From NCBI GenBank assembly GCA_963668645.2, contig CAXXWC010000002.1:32001-96000 (forward strand): DNA of 64,000 bases, read 5' to 3'. The notes beneath the pieces were generated by a model, which was not told the origin of the DNA, searched no databases, and saw only the letters and a program-made list of their open reading frames with translations. This stretch comes from Desulfobacterales bacterium (GTDB taxonomy: Bacteria > Desulfobacterota > Desulfobacteria > Desulfobacterales > UBA2174). Both the position numbers and the translations under genes were made by a program. Position 1 is the stretch's first letter. Every line of letters begins with the position of its first letter. This document shows positions 39,089-48,259 of the stretch, one piece after another.

Positions 39089-39865
39089 ATGGGCATCCAG
39101 GAACGCAAGGAGCGGGAAAAGGAACGTCGACGCCAGCAGATCATCGTGGCGGCAAAGCGTGTCTTTTCCGAAAAAGGTTTCAGCCGGGCGACCATGGAAG
39201 ATATCGCCCAGCAAGCCGAGCTGAGCCCCGGTACGCTCTATCTGTACTTTAAGAATAAGGATGAACTCTACGCCTCTCTGTCACTGCGGGTCCTGCAATA
39301 CCTCAACATACGCCTGAACCACGTGGTCAAAGAAGAGGGGCTGGACCCCAAGCAGCGCATCGAAGCCCTCAAAGAGGCGATGTACGATGTGTATAAGTTC
39401 GATCCGCTCATCCTTATCAACATGTTCCATCTGCAATCAAGCGAAACCCTGAGGAACTTATCGCCGGAACTGTTTGCGGACATACGCAAACTTACGCGCC
39501 AATCACTGGCCGCCATCACCGTCTTGTTCGAGGACTGTATGCGCTCGGGGGGGGTGCTGAAGCTCAACCCGGCGGCGCTGGCGGATATCCTGTGGGCTCT
39601 GTTCTCAGGAGTGGTGCTCCGGGACGAGAGCAAAAGGATCATCGAGGAAGAGCCGAATCTGCTCCGGGAAACGTTGGAGTTGGCCTTCAACATCTTCCTG
39701 CGCGGCATCCGCAGCGAAACAAACACTCACTTCGAATTGCCGCAAGAACTGCAGGCGATGGCCGGCACGCCTGGTTCGACGATGACCGCCGCCCACGGAA
39801 CCAAACGCAAACCCGAAACCAAGGAGGCCGAAAACCCCGTCGACGGAAACCCGCATCCCCTTTAA
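39089..39865 (+). CDS. TetR/AcrR family transcriptional regulator
   Basis: I..AA..VF.EKGF..ATMEDIA..A.LS.GTLYLYFKNKDEL. Confidence 0.93.
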   Translation: MGIQERKEREKERRRQQIIVAAKRVFSEKGFSRATMEDIAQQAELSPGTLYLYFKNKDELYASLSLRVLQYLNIRLNHVVKEEGLDPKQRIEALKEAMYDVYKFDPLILINMFHLQSSETLRNLSPELFADIRKLTRQSLAAITVLFEDCMRSGGVLKLNPAALADILWALFSGVVLRDESKRIIEEEPNLLRETLELAFNIFLRGIRSETNTHFELPQELQAMAGTPGSTMTAAHGTKRKPETKEAENPVDGNPHPL

Positions 39866-39901
39866 GGACTTTTCTGCAACATCATTTTCAAGGAGGAAGA
39901 G

Positions 39902-41935
39902 ATGGCCGAAAAAGAAATCGTCGAGACTTCCGAAGCTGAAATCGCAGTACATTGGCAGGAAGAAGGGTATTTCCACGCTCCGCTGGAATTCATCGCCCAG
40001 GCCAACATGAACGACCCGGCGATCTACGAGCGCTTCAGCCTGGACAACTTCCCCAACTGCTTCAAAGAGTACGCCGACATGCTCGACTGGTACGAGTACT
40101 GGACCGAAATTCTCGATACCAGCGACGCCCCCTGCTTTAAATGGTTCAAGGGCGGCAAGATCAACGCCAGCTACAACTGCATCGATCGCCACCTATCCAA
40201 AAATCGCAACAAAACGGCCATCCATTTCGTTTCCGAACTCGAGGAAGAGAAAGTCGAACACATCACCTATCAGGAGCTGTGGGTGAGGGTCAACGAGATG
40301 GCGGCCCTGCTGCAGGACTACTGCGGCCTCAAGGCTGGCGATCGGGTGACCTTGCACCTGCCCATGGTGCCCGAACTGCCCGTCACCATGCTGGCCTGCG
40401 CGCGGCTGGGCGTGATTCACAGCCAGGTATTCGGCGGGTTTTCCGGCAAGGCCGCCGCCGACCGGATCCTCGACTCGGGCAGCGATTACCTGATCACCAT
40501 GGACGCCTACTACCGGGGCGGCAAGCTGCTCGACCATAAAGTGAAGTCCGACGAGGCCTGCGCCACCTCCGAGGCCGCCGGCCACAAGGTCAAGAAGGTA
40601 CTTATCTGGCAGCGCTATCCGGGCACGTACTCCGCTGCCACGCCGCTGGTGGAGGGGCGCGATTTTATCGTCAACGACCTTCTGAAAGACTACTACGGCA
40701 AGCGCATCGACCCGGTGCCGATGCCGGCCGAGGCGCCGTTGTTCTTGATGTACACCAGCGGCACCACCGGCAAGCCCAAGGGCTGCCAGCACGGTACGGG
40801 CGGATATCTGGCCTACGTCACCGGCACGAGCAAGTACGTCCAGGACATCCATCCCGAAGATGTCTACTGGTGCATGGCCGATATCGGCTGGATCACCGGC
40901 CACAGCTACATCGTCTACGGGCCGCTATCCCTGTGCGCTTCCAGCGTGATCTACGAGGGGATTCCCAACTATCCGGACCCCGGCCGTCCCTGGCGCATCG
41001 CCCAGAACCTGGGGGTCAACATCTTCCACACCGCGCCCACCGCCATCCGGGCCCTGCGAAAAATCGGACCGGACGAGCCGGCCAAGTACACCTATCATTT
41101 CAAACACATGACCACCGTGGGCGAACCCATCGAGCCCGAGGTCTGGAAGTGGTATTACAACGTGGTCGGCAAGGGCAAGGCGGCCATCGTTGACACCTGG
41201 TGGCAGACCGAAACCGGCGGCTTCCTTTGTTCGACCCTGCCGGCCATCACCCCCATGAAGCCGGGCAGCGCCGGGCCGGGCATGCCGGGGATCCATCCCA
41301 TCATCTATGATGAGGAAGGCAAGGAACTGCCCAAGGGGGCCGGCAAGGCGGGCAACATCTGCATCCAGAATCCCTGGCCCGGAATGTTCCAGACCATCTG
41401 GGGCGACCGCGACCGCTTTGTGCACCAGTACTTCGAACGCTACTGCAAAAACCCCAACAGCAAGGACTGGCGCGACTGGCCGTATCTTACCGGCGACGCC
41501 GCTGTCCAGGCCCCGGACGGCTACTATCGAATCCTGGGGCGCATCGACGACGTGATCAACGTCTCGGGTCACCGCTTGGGCACCAAGGAACTCGAGTCGG
41601 CCGCGATGGTGGTGCCGGAGGTGGCCGAGGCCGCCGTGGTGCCGGTAGCCGACGACATCAAGGGTAAGGTGCCCGACCTCTATGTAGCCCTTAAACCCGG
41701 TTATCAACCCAGCGCAGAGTTGGAAAAGCGCATTTCCCAGGCTCTGTCCACCGAGATCGGTCCCATCGCCAAACCGCGCAAGGTCTGGATCGTGCCCGAT
41801 ATGCCCAAGACGCGTTCGGGCAAGATCATGCGGCGCGTACTCGGCGCCATTTCCAACAAGACCGACGTGGGCGACGTGATGACCCTGGCCAATCCTGAAG
41901 TGGTCGATGCGATCACCAAGATGGTTCAGGGATGA
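39902..41935 (+). CDS. acs: AMP-forming acetyl-CoA synthetase
   Basis: YTSGTTGKPKG, ADIGWITGHSY, VGEPI, DTWWQTETG, GR.DDVINVSGHR, PKTRSGKIMRR. Confidence 0.96.
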   Translation: MAEKEIVETSEAEIAVHWQEEGYFHAPLEFIAQANMNDPAIYERFSLDNFPNCFKEYADMLDWYEYWTEILDTSDAPCFKWFKGGKINASYNCIDRHLSKNRNKTAIHFVSELEEEKVEHITYQELWVRVNEMAALLQDYCGLKAGDRVTLHLPMVPELPVTMLACARLGVIHSQVFGGFSGKAAADRILDSGSDYLITMDAYYRGGKLLDHKVKSDEACATSEAAGHKVKKVLIWQRYPGTYSAATPLVEGRDFIVNDLLKDYYGKRIDPVPMPAEAPLFLMYTSGTTGKPKGCQHGTGGYLAYVTGTSKYVQDIHPEDVYWCMADIGWITGHSYIVYGPLSLCASSVIYEGIPNYPDPGRPWRIAQNLGVNIFHTAPTAIRALRKIGPDEPAKYTYHFKHMTTVGEPIEPEVWKWYYNVVGKGKAAIVDTWWQTETGGFLCSTLPAITPMKPGSAGPGMPGIHPIIYDEEGKELPKGAGKAGNICIQNPWPGMFQTIWGDRDRFVHQYFERYCKNPNSKDWRDWPYLTGDAAVQAPDGYYRILGRIDDVINVSGHRLGTKELESAAMVVPEVAEAAVVPVADDIKGKVPDLYVALKPGYQPSAELEKRISQALSTEIGPIAKPRKVWIVPDMPKTRSGKIMRRVLGAISNKTDVGDVMTLANPEVVDAITKMVQG

Positions 41936-42142
41936 TTTGTACCATGCCCCGGACCGCTTTCTTTTGAATGAGGAAATCGTTCCGGGGCCACAGTGAAAAA
42001 TGGCCTGCCATGGTTTCAGCATTTTCAAACATCCGAAATTTGCGAAGGGAGGTGATACCCCCATCGATGCAGCGCCGGGAAGGGGAGGGGCTTCTTTCCG
42101 GTTTCACTCGTAACCTGTTGAGGTTGCTCACAGGAGGGCATT

Positions 42143-43945
42143 ATGAGTGGTAAAACTTGGGTTTTTGTCATGTTGGGTATTTACATTGTCTACTGCTTCT
42201 ACTGGGGGCTGAAGGGGTACTTTACCGAGAAAACCTCTTCGGGCTACGCCATCGCCGGGAGGTCGATTCCCTTTTTCGCCTTCCTGCTGGCCGCAACCGC
42301 CGCCTCGTTTTCCGGATGGACCTTCATCGGGCATCCAGGGCTGATCTGGCGTGACGGTCTGGCCTACGCCTTCGCCTCGTTTTACGTTCTCACCATTCCC
42401 ATTACCGGGACCTTTTTCAGCAAGCGCACATGGCTGCTGGGCAAGCGCTACGGGTTCATCACTCCGGCCGACATGTACTGCTACTACTTTAACAATGAAG
42501 GTCTGCGCTGGCTGGTTGTGATGACCGCTTTTCTCTATTCGATGTTCTACTCTGCGGTGCAGCTCATGGCCTCGGCGGCCCTGTTCCATATCATCGCCGA
42601 CGTGCCGGTGACCTTCGGTGCCATCTTCATGGCTTTCATCGTCTGGTTTTACGTCTGCACCGGCGGCCTGAAAGCCTCGACCTGGGTCGGCGTGATCCAG
42701 TTTCTGCTGCTCGTCGGCGGCATCGTCATCCTCGGCTACTACACGATCACGGCCCCGATCTTCGGCGGCTGGTCGGGCTTTTCCGCGTCGGTGGCCAAGC
42801 TCGATGTCAAGTTCCTCGAGGTGCCGCGGGTGATCAACCTGGTCGACTACCTCGGCGGGGCCCCGGGTGAAACTGCCTGGACCGCGGTAATGGTCCTGAC
42901 CTACATGTTCGCCCTGATGGGCATCCAGTGCTCGCCGGCTTTCACCATGTGGACATTCGGCATCAAGAGCCCCAAGCCGCTGGCCTGGCAGCAGGCCTTC
43001 ATGTCCACCTTCGTAGTCGGCTTCGCCCTGTTTTTCTTCACCGCTTTCCAGGGCATGGGCGCCAAGGTGCTCCAACTGGCCGGCAACCCGAACTTCCAGA
43101 CTCTGGGCAACGCCACCGTTGTACCGACCCTGATGAAGGAATTTCTGCCGCCCGCCATGCTCGGTCTGGTCTTCATGGGGGCCATTGCCGCCATCCACTC
43201 CACCGCGGCCCCGTACATCGGCACCGGCGGCTCGATCCTTTTGCGCGACGTCTACTGGCGCTATATCAAGAAGCAGGAAGCCAGCCACAGCGAGCAGATC
43301 TGGGTCAACCGGATCCTGGCCACCTTCCTGACCATCGCGGCCCTGGCTGTGGGCCTGACCTCAACGGCGGCCCTCGTGATCCTGGGTGCCCTGGCCACGG
43401 CTTTCGGCTTCGTGATGTACGTGCTGCTGCTCGGGGTGATCTGGGGCTTCAAGTTCCCGAGCAAGGGCGCCTTTCTCGGGGTTTTGGCCGGCATGATCGC
43501 CGTATTTCTGACCTACTACGTCTGGCCCAACCCCCTGTCGATGCACTGTGCCTTCTGGGGCACCTTCTCCGGGTTGGTCGTCGCCTATCTTTGCAAGGCT
43601 TTGGGGATCAAGGACAGCGAAGAGACCCTCAAACGCCAGGCCGAGATGCGCAACTTCCTTGACGACATCGACGCGCCCAGCGAGTCGGGTGCCAAGTGGC
43701 GTTCGATCATGAAGATCGGTGTCCCGGTCTGGTACTTCTTCGCCATCGGACCTGCCTGCATCCTGGGCAACAGCGCCTTTTCCTTTTCCGGATTTCCGCC
43801 CCTGTGGTCATGGCAGATCGCCTGGTGGATCCTGGGTATCGTGATGATGTGGGCATTGTGCTTCAAGGCCGAGATGTCCACCACCAACGCCACCCAGATC
43901 GAAAGGGCCGAAAAGGAAACCATGATCGTGATCAAGGAGGCCTGA
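42143..43945 (+). CDS. Sodium:solute symporter (SSS/SLC5) family transporter, possibly a monocarboxylate permease
   Basis: Y.IAGR, ASFSGWTF.GHPG, KRYGF.T, GGLKA..W, AAIHST; many TM segments. Confidence 0.9.
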   Translation: MSGKTWVFVMLGIYIVYCFYWGLKGYFTEKTSSGYAIAGRSIPFFAFLLAATAASFSGWTFIGHPGLIWRDGLAYAFASFYVLTIPITGTFFSKRTWLLGKRYGFITPADMYCYYFNNEGLRWLVVMTAFLYSMFYSAVQLMASAALFHIIADVPVTFGAIFMAFIVWFYVCTGGLKASTWVGVIQFLLLVGGIVILGYYTITAPIFGGWSGFSASVAKLDVKFLEVPRVINLVDYLGGAPGETAWTAVMVLTYMFALMGIQCSPAFTMWTFGIKSPKPLAWQQAFMSTFVVGFALFFFTAFQGMGAKVLQLAGNPNFQTLGNATVVPTLMKEFLPPAMLGLVFMGAIAAIHSTAAPYIGTGGSILLRDVYWRYIKKQEASHSEQIWVNRILATFLTIAALAVGLTSTAALVILGALATAFGFVMYVLLLGVIWGFKFPSKGAFLGVLAGMIAVFLTYYVWPNPLSMHCAFWGTFSGLVVAYLCKALGIKDSEETLKRQAEMRNFLDDIDAPSESGAKWRSIMKIGVPVWYFFAIGPACILGNSAFSFSGFPPLWSWQIAWWILGIVMMWALCFKAEMSTTNATQIERAEKETMIVIKEA

Positions 43946-43970
43946 TCGGCCTCGAAGGGAGAAAAACATT

Positions 43971-44057
43971 ATGAAAAAGGAAGACCTGTGGATGATCGGC
44001 CTGGTAGCCTTTTCCATCCTCTTTACAGCCTCATTCGGTTGGGGGGTCTGGGGATAA
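43971..44057 (+). CDS. 28-aa single-TM peptide, candidate symporter accessory subunit
   Basis: GAAGGGAG RBS. MKKEDLWMIGLVAFSILFTASFGWGVWG. Lies between the SSS gene and the terminator. Confidence 0.65.
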   Translation: MKKEDLWMIGLVAFSILFTASFGWGVWG

Positions 44058-44138
44058 CCCGGTTCCCGGCCTGAACCCGGGTCCCGGGCGCCCGTCATCG
44101 GATCCGCTCCGGACCTGCCGACCGAACCACACCTTTTG

Positions 44139-44180
44139 AAAATACTCCCATGCACCTTCGGGTCCATGGGAGTATTTTTT
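44139..44180 (+). terminator. Rho-independent terminator
   Basis: AAAATACTCCCATG-cACC-TTCG-GGTc-CATGGGAGTATTTTTT; cUUCGg loop and U-tract. Confidence 0.8.
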
Positions 44181-44251
44181 AGGGTTGTGGACATCCCCTG
44201 CGGATTCCGTTAAGATCCGTCCCATCCAAACCATAGCGGGAATTCAACGAA

Positions 44252-46477
44252 TTGGAGACGATCTGGACATCCGGAGACCAGGGACCGCTCCTGGCACCCA
44301 AGGCCGGCGTCCCGGGCGCCAGGGGCACCCTTCTGGTCTCCACCAAACGCAACCGTTTCTGGTGGTTCGTGGCCTTCAGCCTGGTGCTGACCGGGATCAT
44401 CGCCTTCGGTTTTGCCATCCTTTTCTGGCGCGGATTATCCCCTCAAGACCAGCAAACCCTGATTCGCATCGCCGCCGGCAACGCCGGCTATCTTTTCGGG
44501 GGTCTGATCCTTCTCCTGGCGGCGGTTTTCGCCGGTCTGGACGGTATGTTCAATATTTACATCCTCCCCCTGGTGCGCCTGATTGAAGAGTTTGCCATCC
44601 TGATCAACGTCAACCCGGCTCACCGGGTTCAGCTCGAAGGCGGGCGCGACATCGTGCGCCTGGCCAACATGATCAATGCCGGAGCCGATCGCTTCGAGGC
44701 CCTGCAAAAAGGGATCGACGATCGCATTCGCCAGGTTCGGGCCGAAGCCGAGTCCGAAAAACGGATGCTGGCCGCCGTACTGGCCGAACTGCCCCAGGGA
44801 GTGCTGCTCTGCAACACCGAGGGGCAGATCCTGCTTTACAACCGCCTGGCCCGGCAGTTTCTGGCAGGAACGGAAAAACCGCCTTCTGAAGGCGCATCGA
44901 GCGAGTGCTACCTCGGACTGGGACGCTCGATCTTTCGGCTGGTGGGGCAAGCATGCCTCAGGGAGGCGGTCGATGAGATGACCGAGCGTCTCGATCGTCA
45001 TCCCGAGGGGGATGTGGGGGCCGGATTCATCCTCCAGGGTGCCGGCGGACGGCGCCTCTATGCCCAGACTGCGCCCATCCTATACGACGATGGGCGCTAC
45101 GGCGGCTTTATCCTCCTGCTCAAGGACATCGAAGCGCAAATCGGGTTCGAACAGCGCTGCATCGGCCAATGGCGGCGCTGGCGCCGGCGCACCACCGACC
45201 TGCTCCGTGGACTGGATCGAGACCGCGAAGAGATTGAAGATTTGCAGACCCTCAAACAGCGCTTGATCGATGAGCTGTCCGCCCTCAATGAAACCCTGGA
45301 CGAGCCCCCCCCTTTGGCGGCCGCCGGTCTCTGGCCTCTGGAGCCGACTCCGGCGGGTGCCTTCCTGGGCGGGCTGCGCCACCGGGCCGGGCAACTGATT
45401 GCCGCCGATCTGGACGTGGATTCCGCCAGCGCCACGGTCAGCCTCGAGTTGGATGTCGCCTTGATGCGCGAGACCCTGGTCTGTCTCATGGTCCGGTTGC
45501 ATGAACAGATCGGCATGTCGGCCATGGGGTTGAATTTTTCGGTCCACGGCCGTTGGGCCTGTCTTGACCTGATCTGGAGCGGACCGCCGGTGGGCGAACA
45601 GTGGCTGCGCCACCAGCTCGGCCAGGCGGTGCAATCCGAAGAGCGCTTCCTTCCCCTGACCATCCGCCAGGTCCTCGACCACCACCGGGCTTCGATCCGG
45701 CGCCGCGAGATGCCGCCCGGGGCGCCTATCGCAGGGCTGCATTTCGAATTCCCGGTTTTCGACGATCAATCCTTTTCTGAAACCGAGATGCGCGGGGCGG
45801 CTATCATCGCTCCGAGCCGACCGGAATTTTACGATTTCGACCTGTTCGGCCAACCGGGATTGAGCGCCGATCAGGGCAACCGGCCCCTGGGGGAACTGAC
45901 ATACACCGTCTTCGATACCGAAACCACAGGTCTTGATCCGATGCACGACGAGATCGTCAGCATCGGGGCGGTGCGCATCGTCAACGGACGGATCCTGCGC
46001 GAAGAGTGCTTCGACCAGCTTGTTGATCCGCGACGATCCATGCCGGCCGAAGCGGTGAGGATCCACGGCATCGCCCCCGAACGCCTCGTCGGCCAGCCCA
46101 CGATCGAACGGGTCGTGCCGGCCTTCCAGCGCTTTGTCGAGGACACGATTCTCGTCGGCCACAACGCAGCCTTCGACATGCGCATGTTCCAGATCAAGGA
46201 AGCCCTCACCGGGGTGCACCTGATCCAGCCAGTTCTCGACACGATCCTGCTTTCCTCGGTCGTCAACCCCAACCTCAAAGACCATGACCTGGACGCCATT
46301 TCCATGCGCCTTCTCGGCCGCCGGATCCATCAGCGTCATTCGGCCCTGGGGGATGCCTTGGCCACGGCCGAAGTCTTTCTCAGGCTTTTGCCACTGTTGG
46401 CCGAGATGGGTATCACAACCCTCGACCAGGCCCTGGTCGCTTCACGCAAGACCTACTATGCACGCCTCAAATACTGA
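44252..46477 (+). CDS. Membrane-anchored PAS-domain DEDDh 3'-5' exonuclease (DnaQ-like)
   Basis: Two TM segments, a coiled coil, PAS (L..LPQGVLLCN.EGQILLYN..A), then VFDTETTG, GHN.AFD, LDT and H.ALGDA. Start codon uncertain. Confidence 0.85.
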   Translation: METIWTSGDQGPLLAPKAGVPGARGTLLVSTKRNRFWWFVAFSLVLTGIIAFGFAILFWRGLSPQDQQTLIRIAAGNAGYLFGGLILLLAAVFAGLDGMFNIYILPLVRLIEEFAILINVNPAHRVQLEGGRDIVRLANMINAGADRFEALQKGIDDRIRQVRAEAESEKRMLAAVLAELPQGVLLCNTEGQILLYNRLARQFLAGTEKPPSEGASSECYLGLGRSIFRLVGQACLREAVDEMTERLDRHPEGDVGAGFILQGAGGRRLYAQTAPILYDDGRYGGFILLLKDIEAQIGFEQRCIGQWRRWRRRTTDLLRGLDRDREEIEDLQTLKQRLIDELSALNETLDEPPPLAAAGLWPLEPTPAGAFLGGLRHRAGQLIAADLDVDSASATVSLELDVALMRETLVCLMVRLHEQIGMSAMGLNFSVHGRWACLDLIWSGPPVGEQWLRHQLGQAVQSEERFLPLTIRQVLDHHRASIRRREMPPGAPIAGLHFEFPVFDDQSFSETEMRGAAIIAPSRPEFYDFDLFGQPGLSADQGNRPLGELTYTVFDTETTGLDPMHDEIVSIGAVRIVNGRILREECFDQLVDPRRSMPAEAVRIHGIAPERLVGQPTIERVVPAFQRFVEDTILVGHNAAFDMRMFQIKEALTGVHLIQPVLDTILLSSVVNPNLKDHDLDAISMRLLGRRIHQRHSALGDALATAEVFLRLLPLLAEMGITTLDQALVASRKTYYARLKY

Positions 46478-47579
46478 ACCGACAATCGAAGGCCTCTACG
46501 TGGACGCGGCCCTGGCCGACCTGGCTGAAACGGCCGCCATCGCCGCACATCTTGGTCTGACCCCGGAGCCGATCACGAATCCGAAAACGATTTATGAGCG
46601 GATCGCCCGGGCTGGCGACTCGGTCGCGGAAGGCAAAAGAATCCTTTGGCTAACCGCCAACCGGGGAGCCTGGGTTCGTCCTTGTCCAGGTACCCGGGAA
46701 TACACCTGCTGCGGCTATGAGATATTGCATATCGGCACCTTCTGTACCCTGGACTGCGCCTACTGTATCTTGCAGGCCTACTTTCATCCGCCGGTGCTTC
46801 AATATTTTCTCAACCGCGAAGCCATGATGCAGGAACTCCAAGCGCGCTTCCAACGGCCCGAGACGGGCCGCATCGGCACGGGCGAGTTTACCGACAGTCT
46901 GATCTGGGAACCGTGGACCGATCTCAATCCGGCGCTGATCCGCCGCTTTGCCGGCCAGGACCGCTGCGTGCTGGAATTGAAGACCAAAACCGTGGCGGTG
47001 GAGCGTTTGCTGGAACTGGAGCACCGTGAAAAGACGATCCTGGCCTGGTCCTTGAACACCCCCAGGGTGGTGGGCCGCGAGGAGCGGCGCACCTCGGCCA
47101 TCGAGGCCCGCCTCAAGGCCGCGGCCCGCTGTGCGGCGGCCGGCTATCCGGTGGCGTTTCATTTCGATCCCATGATCCTCTACCAAGGGTGCCAGGAGGA
47201 GTATGGCCGGGTGATAGAAAAGCTATTCGACCGGGTGCCGGCCGAACGGATCGTCTGGATCAGCCTGGGCACCTTTCGCTTCATGCCGGATTTGAAGACC
47301 ATTATCGACCAGCGCTTCAAGGACTCTGCCATCGCCTGCGGTGAATTCGTGCGCGGCCTGGACAACAAGATGCGCTACTTCAAGCCGCTGCGCATCGCCC
47401 TCTACCGGGAAATGGTCCGCCGCATCCGGGAGCTTGCACCCGGGGTCTGCGTCTATCTGTGCATGGAAGCCGACGAGGTCTGGCAGGAAGCCTTCGGTTT
47501 TTGCCCCTCCGAACGCGGCGGGCTGGCGCGCATGCTGGACCGGAGTGCCGCTGTGGTATGCGGGATCCGCGAGGGATGA
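46458..47579 (+). CDS. Spore photoproduct lyase (SplB)-like radical SAM protein
   Basis: CTLDCAYC.LQ.Y, GTGEFTDSL, LELKTK, WSLN, FHFDP, YLCME. Confidence 0.85.
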   Translation: MHASNTEPTIEGLYVDAALADLAETAAIAAHLGLTPEPITNPKTIYERIARAGDSVAEGKRILWLTANRGAWVRPCPGTREYTCCGYEILHIGTFCTLDCAYCILQAYFHPPVLQYFLNREAMMQELQARFQRPETGRIGTGEFTDSLIWEPWTDLNPALIRRFAGQDRCVLELKTKTVAVERLLELEHREKTILAWSLNTPRVVGREERRTSAIEARLKAAARCAAAGYPVAFHFDPMILYQGCQEEYGRVIEKLFDRVPAERIVWISLGTFRFMPDLKTIIDQRFKDSAIACGEFVRGLDNKMRYFKPLRIALYREMVRRIRELAPGVCVYLCMEADEVWQEAFGFCPSERGGLARMLDRSAAVVCGIREG

Positions 47580-48259
47580 TGGCAAGGCGCCGGCAGGGCC
47601 GCTTCATGCAGGGCCTGGCCGTTTGCGGCTTGCTTGCTGCCGTGCTGGCCTGGACCGCGATTTGCGGCGCCGGGGACCGGGTCCGGGTGCGCTGGGTGGC
47701 CGACGGCGACACGGTGGTCCTGGCCGACGGCCGGCACATCCGCTATCCGCGGATCAACTGCCCGGAAACGGCCCACGCGGATCGACCGGCCGAACCCTTC
47801 GCCGATGCGGCCCGGGACCTGAATCGGCGCATGGTGGCCGGGCGCACCGTTCGCCTGGCGCCCGCCGATCCGCCAAAGGACCGCTACGGACGCTATCTGG
47901 CCGATCTGGTCTTGGAAGACGGCACCTCGGTCAGCCATGCCCTGTTGGCTGCCGGCCTGGCCCATGTGTTGCCCGTGGCGCCGCTCGGCTCCAAGGATAC
48001 GGCCCTGCTCGAGGTCCAGCGCCCGGCCATGGATCAAGGCAAGGGGATCTGGGCCCGCTTGGACCGCCGCCCGAGATCGCTGCTGGGCAACCGCCGCTCG
48101 AAACGCTTTCATCGGGCCGATTCGATTTGCGCCAAAAAAATCGGGAAACGCCACCGTGTGGCGTTTCCCGATTACAAAGAGGCGTTCTACGCCGGCTATG
48201 CCCCTTGCCGGCGGTGTTTTCAGCGGCTCGAAACGCTGCTTACTCCTGCTGCTTTTTAA
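47576..48259 (+). CDS. Secreted thermonuclease (SNase) with C-terminal Ada-like Zn-binding domain
   Basis: Signal peptide, V.DGDT, R...IN.PE, DRYGR.LA, GLA, KGIW; then GN..S..FH....C...GY.PC..C. Confidence 0.85.
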   Translation: MMARRRQGRFMQGLAVCGLLAAVLAWTAICGAGDRVRVRWVADGDTVVLADGRHIRYPRINCPETAHADRPAEPFADAARDLNRRMVAGRTVRLAPADPPKDRYGRYLADLVLEDGTSVSHALLAAGLAHVLPVAPLGSKDTALLEVQRPAMDQGKGIWARLDRRPRSLLGNRRSKRFHRADSICAKKIGKRHRVAFPDYKEAFYAGYAPCRRCFQRLETLLTPAAF

